64,000 nt of DNA, taken from Azolla caroliniana. Its lineage: Eukaryota; Plantae; Polypodiophyta. Where the stretch lies: NCBI GenBank assembly GCA_043228905.1, contig JBHGNT010000001.1, positions 1,736,001-1,800,000 of the forward strand. The letters are read 5' to 3'. Below the pieces are notes generated by a model, which was given only the letters and a program-made list of their open reading frames with translations, was not told the origin of the DNA and made no database searches. Position 1 is the stretch's first letter, and each line of letters starts with the position of its first letter. Positions 54,161 through 64,000 of this stretch are shown piece after piece. Position numbers and translations under genes: made by a program.

Positions 54161-55443
54161 ATAACATCGATTTCAGAAAATGAACATGATCACAAACATT
54201 GCACGAAAGAGTGTTGTACACCCATGGTAAATCTAGTGTCAGAAACTACCAACATTGTTTTAATGCATATTGTTTGAGAGAAGGATGTGTTATTATAAGT
54301 TTTTAACTTTGGGTGCAATTTGGATAGTGCATACACATATATCTATTGCTTGTTATACTTTTATTTTGACGTCTTTATTTGTGCTCATTGTTTAATTTTA
54401 ATGAGGGGTTATGACCAACTGGTAAACTCACACCGCGATTAGATATTTTTTTGAGACATAACACTCTTGCAAAAAAGTGATCAATCGTTATCACTCTTTG
54501 GAAGATCATTTATTGTGACCAAAGGTGGGCATGCAAGTTGAACTCTCGTAATGATTGCTTAGAGGGCAAGGGCCCACATTTTCACAATAGTTTGTTAAGC
54601 AAGTTTGCATTCTATTTGTACCTACCATTAATATGAAAGTGACTCGTTGGCTAGAGGTTTAAATATTTTAGTAGATTTACCATGACAATTTTGAATTAGT
54701 ATCATTGGAAAGATCAAACTGGGGGGTTATAATGCACCAAGGAACACCTTATTTAGTTGACTTATGGTGAGGGGGTTATCTCCGCAAATAAACTCTAAAA
54801 ATTTCCCCATAAAAGCATGTTTTCATTTGATTGAGAGAAAAGACATTTTAATATCCAATGTAGAAAGTAGTTTTTTCTTCATTCTCACTAAAAGACCCAA
54901 GCAAGAAGGAATCCACACATCTATAGTAAGGTGCAATATAACATGAAAAGGTTGCAGTGACTTTTTCGATAAAACTTAATAAAATTGTTAGGAGTTCTTG
55001 GTAGGAGTAGGACCAATCCCCTTAGGAGTTGGAAGCGGGGATTTCGGTGGTTGTTCAAAAGCATTTGGAGCACATGAAGGTCCATGGAGACTTTTTGTAT
55101 TAATGCCCAAGGATCCGTCATGAATTAGTAAAGTTGATGGGAGACGGTTCTTCAGTCGGATTGTCCACGATATTCAACTTTCCTTTTTCTTGTGTACGTC
55201 AAGCGATGTTTGTTTCCATCATTCTGTCCTCAGGTGTGTTTCAAGAGTGGATTCAACAATTTGCATCGGATACCCATCGTATGTATGTATGTGGGATGAA
55301 ACGCAGGGTGTATGGATGGAGATGGACGTCGGGGTGGAGGACCCGATGATGGAGTTGGGGGACGACAAATAGATGCAGAAAACGCAACGCTCTTCTAATG
55401 TGGTTGGGGGTGGGGGACACACACGATACGCGACCAATGAACT

Positions 55444-55503
<60 letters not shown>

Positions 55504-55589
55504 CATTATTGAGAGAGAGTTTTAAAGACTATTGAAATTTGAGAGAGAGAGTTTATGAGGAAAGCAAAAATATAGGGCTAGAAATGCTC

Positions 55590-55595
55590 CACGTG
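55590..55595. promoter_or_regulatory. G-box upstream of the HY5-like gene
   Basis: CCACGTGGC about 255 bp before the ATG, downstream of a long (GA)n tract. Confidence 0.45.
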
Positions 55596-55848
55596 GCACA
55601 ATCCAAAACGCACATCTCACACACATACATACATACATATATTATATATGTATGTATTTACTATTATGTACATATATGTATATATATGTGCGGAATACGA
55701 CAATGGGGGATTTTGATGATCGCTTGATCATCTGAAAATAATAATACTATGCAGAGAGCGGTTTTGTGAAACCGCCAGTTTTTCTAGTGATCTCTGGAGG
55801 TAAGCAAGCCGTAAAGTTTGAAAACCAGATTCAACCAAAGTTCAAACA

Positions 55849-57759
55849 ATGCAAGGCATGATTGGCAATTCCTGCTCCCAAATCTTCGCTGATGATGATG
55901 TGAAGCCTGTGATCATAACCCCCCAAACCAGGATCACATTATTGGGTAAGTACTGAATCAATGAGGTAGACAGATTCTTTTGGTTTGTACATCCATGTGT
56001 TGAGTCTGGTTTTTATGCGTACATCGATCGGTGCCTCTCTCGAAATTTATCAGATTTTCACTCGCCGACACAACTGTATCTGAATCATTGGCATACGCCA
56101 ATTTGGCTCTGGAGTATTAAACATGTTTCAAGAATCTTTAATCCATTTCATTCGATGCAGGGGGAGGAGGTGATCAGAATCATAGCGATTGTGATGAAAG
56201 GAAGGTACCTGAGATATTGGTGGGTAGATCATCAGTCTCCACTTCCAGAGTACCACCACCACCACCACCACCACCAGGTCCGGGGGAGTTGAAGAAAGGC
56301 AGACAAAAGAGGAAGGCGTTACCAGCTGAGAAAGAACATAAGAGGATAAAGAGGTGAGTCCACATCTCCATGTCAGTACATACATAGGACACACAATTTT
56401 GCATTGTCCTCATGAATCATTGATTCAAATCTATGTAGATTATGTACCACTTCTCCTTCATATATGCATGATCCATGCCTTTTTAGATGGATCATACACA
56501 CATTATAATTATAATGCATATGACATATGGGTATGGATATATGTATTGAATTTGGGGCTAGCTCAAATTTTGGGGTTAGTCATTGGTTGTTATTAACAGG
56601 AACATGGTTATAATGGCTATTGTGAACGCGTGCTTCACAAGGATGTTACTCTATATTGTGTGAGTGTGAGTGTGTGCGCGCGATAGATATCATTGAGAGT
56701 AAACATATAGAATCACCTCATATTTGGTTAACTTCATCAAAATTAACTAGCATAAACGATGACCATCTCATTGCTATCCCTTGTTAATATCACTATAGTT
56801 CGTGGTTCTTTTATTCACTAGAGATATTGGACTCTAAAAGTTTTGTCAATAGACAAGTCTAGAATGAATACAACATTCCTCAACATTCTAGTGAGTTCAC
56901 ACTCTTAATGTTTTACGTGATCTAATAATGAGTGATGTATCAAACACTATCAAAATCACCCCCATTTTGGTGACATTTTTTCCATATACTCATATGGCAT
57001 ACCAAGGAGAAAGTACCCTATTCGTTGAATTAGCTTATGACACCTTGTGGAACTTGTTGAAATTAAATGTAAAATTTAAAAATACACAATTTTTAAAAGG
57101 AAAAGTCATAATTCTAAATTAGGCCCCTTGCCATAATAATATGCTAGTATAATCCTTAAGTCTCTGAAATTATGTTTGTTTAAAAGAATAAGAATAATGT
57201 GCAAATCCAAAGCTTAGATTATTCAACTAATTTCATGTTACAAGAGTAAAACATGAAGTAAATGAAACAAGCATGCAAATCATTGTTTTTGTTTAGATTG
57301 TTGAGGAATCGTGTTTCTGCACAACAAGCGAGAGAAAGAAAGAAAGCATATCTGAGTGATTTGGAGGCACGAACCAAAGAATTGGAACAAAAAAATGTCG
57401 AGCTTGAAGAAAAGGTCTCTACTTTGCAACAAGAAAATGTCATGCTACGTAAGGTATTATAGATCATTGTTTTGTATGTTATTTGAAACTTAGACATTAT
57501 AATTAATTCTTTCACTGTCATCATTGTTGGTTCATCAAGTTGAATGGTAAAATCTTGAAGTTGGAAGCTTATTATACCATGGGATCAAGTATAATACACA
57601 ATAACAAAAAATGATAAGCATGTCAAGACATGGATAAATAATGGACAAGGGAATGAGTCATGTATGGTTCTCTGAAGATTTTTTTAAAAAAGATTTCTTC
57701 TTGTTTCTCAGGTGATAAGGAGTACTACCATTAGACCAAGTTCCACATGTGACAAATGA
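55849..57759 (+). CDS. HY5: HY5-like bZIP transcription factor. Exons 55849-55945, 56161-56353, 57297-57453, 57712-57759
   Basis: [34 protein letters not shown]...[12 protein letters not shown] and a COP1-binding VP-like motif [11 protein letters not shown]; four exons join in frame. Confidence 0.92.
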
Positions 57760-59455
57760 CAATTATGACATAGAATTGAGATTCTATTGTAAAGACATTA
57801 ACCTTTCCTTCATCACAACGTCATTAACATTTTGTTAAGAAACATGTAATAGAGTTTATAGTCTGAAATTTCGACCAAAAATTAGAGTAGCCAAACTTTC
57901 ATTATTAATATACAGGCAAATGCCAATCTTATGTTCTCATAAAACTATCAATTGTCACTAGCCTATATCTTTGGGATTACCATCTTAACTATGTGCACCC
58001 TTGCACTGTCGTTGTCTAACGTTGCTAATGAACTCCTTTACATATTTATACATGTCACAATGTTGTGGTTTGATCATTTTTTCTATCAAATGAATGTATT
58101 TACATTACGATTACTCATCAAGATATTACTATGCAATGTAACGGATGTGAAAATTGTGTAGTATGATAAATTGATGGTAATATATTTGAAGAATTTAAAA
58201 ATGATTTTAAAGATCATGGGGCTCAACTATATATGTATATATATGGAGTCCATATCATGTGCGTTTGATAAAACTTTTATAAACCCCCTTAATACTACTA
58301 AATGGGGTTGGTTTGGACAAGGCCAAACCGGTTAAGCCGAAACCGAACCGTCGCTGATTCCTAATAAACATGTTCAAGTTAACAAAGCCCAAAGTTATTA
58401 TACAATCGCCAAATGACATCTATGGAATTTGTGTCTAACTTCCTCCTCAATAATAACTATGCAAAAAGAACCATGTCCAATATTGAAAATGTCTTTCTTT
58501 TAAAACCATTGTGAAAGAAACACTTTCATAGTTGCTTGCATCACTCAATGTCATCATGTATACGTCAAGTAATGTGCCAAGTAGTATACATTTCAAGAGT
58601 TAATTTTTTGCTATTCGTAAATACAAATCTTTTCACAAATAACACTATTTAAGGTGCAAGGGCCATATGAATGGGCAAAGTGGATCATGATTGCCACATA
58701 TGATCATATCCATGAGGTGTATGGAGTCTAGTTTGCATAATCTTGAAAACCATGACATGCTTAGATACCAAGCCAAGATTCACTCTACGATTCAATCTAG
58801 AATTGAGATTATCTTTTCCATCCCATTATCGTATTGAAAAACATGATATACCTACATACCACTACAATAACACGTTGCATAATTACCAAGACAAGATTCA
58901 CCATATGATCGAATCTAGAATTGAGATTTTCTTTTCCATCCCAATGCAAGAGTTGTAAGGATGCAAGTACGTACTTATGTTAGGAGAGAATTCTTGTAAT
59001 TTCTATTTCTAGACTTTGGTGATGGTAGGATAACACTTTTAACTACATGTCATTGAAGATCCAAATCTCATTTTCTTATGGTAGAGACTAACGTTTTTTG
59101 CAAAATATCTTCGTCCCGGATTGTGTTCCTACACATATACCCTTTAAAAAGCTAAATATTTGAGCAACCATATGATCTTACAAATTTAATACGCTTAAAT
59201 AAATCCAAAGTTGGAAACGTCGAATGAACAAGTCAATCTTAGATTGTACACGTTATCCGAATCAAACAAGAGGGTGAGAAATCAGTACTAATAGGTAATC
59301 TAAGTGGCACCAAAACACTACCTTATTGTAATATTTGGCCATGCCATCTAAGACTTACCAATTGTTTTTTAGTGTATGATTATCTATGGTAAAGCTTTGG
59401 TTCCTTCAACCAAAGCCCATTGATAGGGTGAAACACGTTTTCTAATTAATGAAGC

Positions 59456-60287
59456 TGTTGAGAGATCAAGCTCGACGTAGTTTAGTTATTTAGTCAACCA
59501 TGTAACTTCGTAGTTACCTAGATAGAATCTAGTTAGGAGTGTTGACTATAATGCCTTAAATAGAACCTTGTACTTAAGTGGGACATTCTAGATCCTCCAC
59601 TCCTAAGTACATTTAATATAGGACTTACACCTTAGTACCGATATTCTACTCACACATGTGCACCGTTGCACATGAGATGTATATATACCTCATTGTGGGT
59701 ATTTTTGTATTTGACGATGATAATGCTAATTTAATATAGAGTTAATCATCCCCCATCTTGTGTTGTTCATAAGTGTTAACTTCCTCTCTCCCTCTCTCCC
59801 TCTCTCTCTCCCTCTCACACACATACACACACATATCACTTAATCTTCCGCTTATAAACTAATCACATAATTAGGTACTAATTAACCCGTAGTTAATCAC
59901 CTAATTCTTAACATGGTATCAGAGCGTGTGGTTTAGCACATCCACTAAGCCCACCCGACCCCGTGATTGTGTGTTCGAGATGCCGACGACAAAATCCGGC
60001 TATCGGCTACTGTAGTGCCGCTACGTAGCACATGTACGTGATCGAAGGAAGAAAAGCAAAAGAAGAGAAGACACTACATCAAAATGAACACACAAATGGG
60101 TAGCTCGCTCCCTAGTGAAAAGCTAGACTGAGCAATTATTCATCTTGGGAGTACAAGATGAACCAATATCTAGTCGGCCAAGGGTATTGGAGCTACATCA
60201 ACAACGCTCAAGAAAATCGATTCGACCCAAAGAATGCCGACTACTCAACATGGGAGCAAGCGGCGAGTCGAGTCATGTATTGCTTGG
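59456..60287 (+). mobile_element. copia element 5' end: LTR ~59456-59913, PBS and start of gag; interrupted at 60288
   Basis: TGTTGAGA...TTAACA, PBS TGGTATCAGAGC at 59914, gag-like NYSSWEYKMNQYLVGQGYWSYI. The left LTR boundary is inferred. Confidence 0.8.
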
Positions 60288-60349
60288 TGTAAGAAATCGA
60301 TGGTGATTCTTGTGCAGCGGAATAGGTTAAAGATGTGTATTATGTGTGA

Positions 60350-60419
<70 letters not shown>

Positions 60420-62048
60420 ACACAAGATAGATAATAGAAAATACTCAAGAAGATTGTATATTACAAAAGAGATTAACCGACACGTTACAAAGTAGGAGAA
60501 GAGTGCTTTATATAGTCACTCTCTCTCTTCATTAACTACCGAAGCTCATGAGTCATGGGGAATGTGGAAACTCATTAGTTATGTGTCATAGAATATGCTT
60601 CTATGACACATAGTTAATGTGTAAAGAGTAGTGGTGTGACTTTTGACCTTTGAGTGTTCATACACTCTCAAGGGTGTGTTCACACACTAGGCTAGGTTGA
60701 GCTTGATTCTCAACACGCCCCCTCAAGCTCAAATTTGGTCAGCTTGTTTGCTTCTCTCTTATTTGGTCAGATGGTATTCGGTTCTCTCTTATTTGGTGTT
60801 CGCTTCAGCTGATACCCGATTCAGACTTACTCCCCCTCAAGCTTGGCAAGTCAGGGATCATCAATCCAAGGTCTGACATGAATTGCCGAAGCTTGTCGGT
60901 TCCTAGGGCTTTGGTGAAGATGTCAGTAGAGTGAAGATTCGTGCTGATGTGTTGAAGGTTGACATCTCCAGCCTGAATGCGCTCTCGAGTGAAGTGATAG
61001 TACACTTCAATATGCTTCGTGCATGCATGGAACACCGGGTTCGAAGCCAGATGAATACTACTCATGTTGTCGCAATAAAGGGGAATCAGATCTTTGATGG
61101 GAACACCCAGATCCTTTAATATCCTCTTGAGCCATACGGCTTCACATGCAGCCACCGCGCGCCCCTATATTCGGCCTTTGTGCTCGAAAGAGCGACGGTT
61201 GGTTGCTTCTTGCTACTCCATGAGATGACTCCACTTCCGAGGGAGAAGACGAAACCAGAGGTTGATCGTCGATCGGCTTTGTAGCCAGCCCAATCGGCAT
61301 TTGTGTACCCTTCGAGTTGAATTGGTGTGATCGACTTATAGATAATGCCATAGTCCATCATTCCACTCACGTATCGTAGCACTCGCTTAGCACAATCCGA
61401 ATGGATATCTCGTGGAGTTTGCATGAATTGGCTAAGGAGGCCGATCGGATAGCTCAAGTTGGGTTGAGTGATCGTGAGGTAGATGAGGCTCCCAATCAGT
61501 TGTCGATACTAAGTCGGCTCACACTCTGTGGTGCCGGAGTCAACATCCAGTTTCAGGTTTCGATCGAGAGGGGTTGTCACAGATTTGCACTTAGTCATCC
61601 CGAACTTATATAACAAGTTGAGGATGTAGTGCCGTTGAGAGATCATTACCCCAGTGGAGTCTAGATTACCTCAATGCCAAGGAAGTAATGGAGTTCTTTC
61701 ATGTCCGTCATCTCGAATTTGCTGGAGAGGAGGGACTTGACCTTGTTGATGTCGACTTGTTTATCACCTCCAATGACCAAATCATCCACGTATAGGATGA
61801 TGACAATCAAACTTTCGGAATTGCTTCTACATAGAGAGAATTGTCGGATTTTGACATTCGGAAGCCGATTCGGTGAAGATATTGTGTTATCTTTGAGTGT
61901 GAAGCACGTGGTGCTTGATTAAAGCCGTGGAGAGGCTTCTTGAGTCAGCATACGGCTTTCACATGAATATTGGATTCAAAGCCGGGTGGTTGTACCATGT
62001 ACACCTCCTCTTCTAATTCGTCTTGAAGAAAGGCGTTCTTGACATCCA
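60288..62048 (-). mobile_element. degenerate copia 3' half: 3' LTR 60288-60715, PPT, RNase H and RT remnants; nested in the previous element
   Basis: TG...CA LTR, PPT CTTGAGGGGGCG on the minus strand, ADWAG..DRRSTSG, ALSSTKAEY and TKHIEV with frameshifts. Confidence 0.9.
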
Positions 62049-64000
62049 TGTTGGGAAACCAGGTCGTCTATGCGGAAGATCAAGAAGCATTCGATTGCTG
62101 TTGAGTACCTGCGTATGACAGTTTGTAGGTCGTTGCACAGAGAGAGAGAGAGAGACAGAGAGGCACAAAGACTTTCTCATTCCATAAAGCAATAATACAA
62201 CACCCAACCTTACAAAAAGGTTACAAGGTCACTATATATAGTGACCGACTTAGGGCAACTACCCTTTATGCTAATTACATAAATGGCCAAAACGGGATAG
62301 TGTGAATACGTCCATTATACACATGTATTCGACACTCCCCCGTAATGGGCGTATACATGGGTTATCTAAGATTACAGGTATAGACTTAGGTTCTCGGACA
62401 TATCAGCTTTGTTCGAGTCGGCAGGGTCCGAAGGCAGAAGACCGAACTGGTCGGGTCTGTACAGTTGAAGCCGATCATTAAGGAACTGATGTCGGTTGTC
62501 GGGAACCATCCTGCTCTGTGTCCGGCTCTAACCGGACTGGTTTGTCGTTACGCCCATCTGATGCCGAAGAGACCGAAAGCGGTCTGCCGAAAGACACTTG
62601 GTCATTCCATCTGCGACATTGTCGGTTGTGGATATTTTCTCTAGACCGATTTTCCCTGAAATGACGCAGTCCCGAACGAAGTGATATCGAACGTCGATAT
62701 GTTTGGAGGTGTTGTGGTGAACCGGATTTTTCGACAAGGCAACAGCACCTTGACTGTCGCTGTAGACAACTGGGGCTGAGTCATGGTCGACTTGTCGAAA
62801 CGTGTGCGCCAGCCGACCGAGCCACAAAGCTTCTTTTGCTGCGTCGGACGCAGCTACATATTCTGCTTCGGTCGTTGAGGTCGCTGTGCACTCCTGAAGT
62901 TTCGACTTCCACGAGATTGCTCCATTGCCGAATTTGAAGCAGTATCCGGTTGTTGATTTCCGACTGTCTATACAGCCGGCGAAGTCCGAGTCGGTGTAAC
63001 CGACTACGCCTGAGGTTCGGTTCGGACCGAAAAGAATGCCGTGGTCTTTTGTGCCAGCCAGATATCTGAACACATGCTTGACTGCGTTCCAATGCGATCG
63101 GCCGGGATTGTGCATAAATCTGCTAACGACTCCTACGGCGTGAGAAATATCAGGCCGTGTCGCGACCATCAGGTACATAAGGGAGCCGACTGCCGGTGCA
63201 TACGGTACCGACTTCATATCTTCCCCCTCCGGACCGGATGTCGGGCAGTCTCGCTGAGAGAGCCGAAGATTCATGGGGAGCGGGGTTGAAGCAGATTTGG
63301 CTGATTGCATGTTGAAGCGTTCTAAGACACGTCGGATATAGTCGGTCTGAGACAAAAAAAGATGTCGTTTATCGCGATGCCGACTAATCTTCATGCCAAG
63401 GATGTGTCGTGCCGGACCGAGGTCCTTCATGGCAAACTTCAACCGCAGTTGCCGAATGAGATCGGCAAGTTCGCCCGCGTGGCGTCCAGAAATTAGCATG
63501 TCGTCCACGTAAATGATGAGGAAGATGGGTGATCCATCTTGAGCTGTGTTGGTGAAAAGACAATGGTCCTCATCGCTTTTTGAGAAGCCGATCGATTGGA
63601 TGAAGTCGTCGAACTTCTTGTACCATTGTCGCGGTGCCTGTTTGAGGCCGTATAGACTCTTCCTGAGTCGGCAGACTAGATGTTCTTGGCCAGTCGCCAC
63701 GAAGCCTTTTGGCTGCTCCATATAAATTTCCTCGTCAAGATCACCATGGAGGAAGGCTGTTTTGACATCTAGCTGAATCAGCTCCAAGTTGTCGGCTGCC
63801 ACTACGCCGAGTAGGAAACGAAGGGTTGTCATTTTCACCACTGGTGAAAAAATCTCGTCGAAGTCGACGCCATATTCTTGTCGGAAGCCCTTCGCAACTA
63901 ATCTGGCCTTGTACTTTGGGTTGGTCGAATCAGACGTCTCTTTTAGTCGATAAACCCACTTGCAAGGAAGAGCACGTCGGTTCCTAGGTAATTCAACCAG
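62049..64000 (-). mobile_element. young copia 3' half: 3' LTR 62049-62334 and an open RT/RNase H frame from 62528 to the window edge; nested in the previous element
   Basis: TGTTGG...TCGACA LTR, PPT GGGGGAG, uninterrupted KARLVAKGF...QLDVKTAFLHG...YVDD...ATSTTEAEY; inserted within the QMDVKNAF motif of the host RT. Confidence 0.93.

Noticed and set aside
58246-58360. MITE-like end with AAACCG repeats
   Set aside because: No matching opposite terminus or TSD found.

Overview
Eukaryotic nuclear DNA from a land plant; the PPR style, intron structure and retroelements suggest a fern or other seed-free plant (inference). There are five spliced genes I could reconstruct exon by exon: an MCMDC2-like inactive MCM (minus), an APR-like thioredoxin protein (+), a cytochrome b561 protein (+), an ILR3-type bHLH IVc (minus) and a HY5-type bZIP (+). 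There is also a PLS-PPR gene with a broken DYW tail, several PPR pseudogene fragments, tRNA-Arg(ACG) with a decayed duplicate, and tRNA-Pro(AGG). Mobile DNA includes a near-intact Ty1/copia element with a TSD, three solo LTRs with TSDs, a triple-nested copia stack at the right edge, tRNA-derived SINE-like repeats, and gypsy and LINE remnants. The two most notable observations are: (1) a 5'-truncated Penelope-like retroelement with a minimal type I hammerhead ribozyme, lying between two copies of a ~255-bp tRNA-Arg unit; and (2) a rare U12-type AT-AC intron in the MCMDC2-like gene, which also has an N-terminal repeat array I do not recognise. All family assignments are by eye and memory of motifs; no database searches were run.
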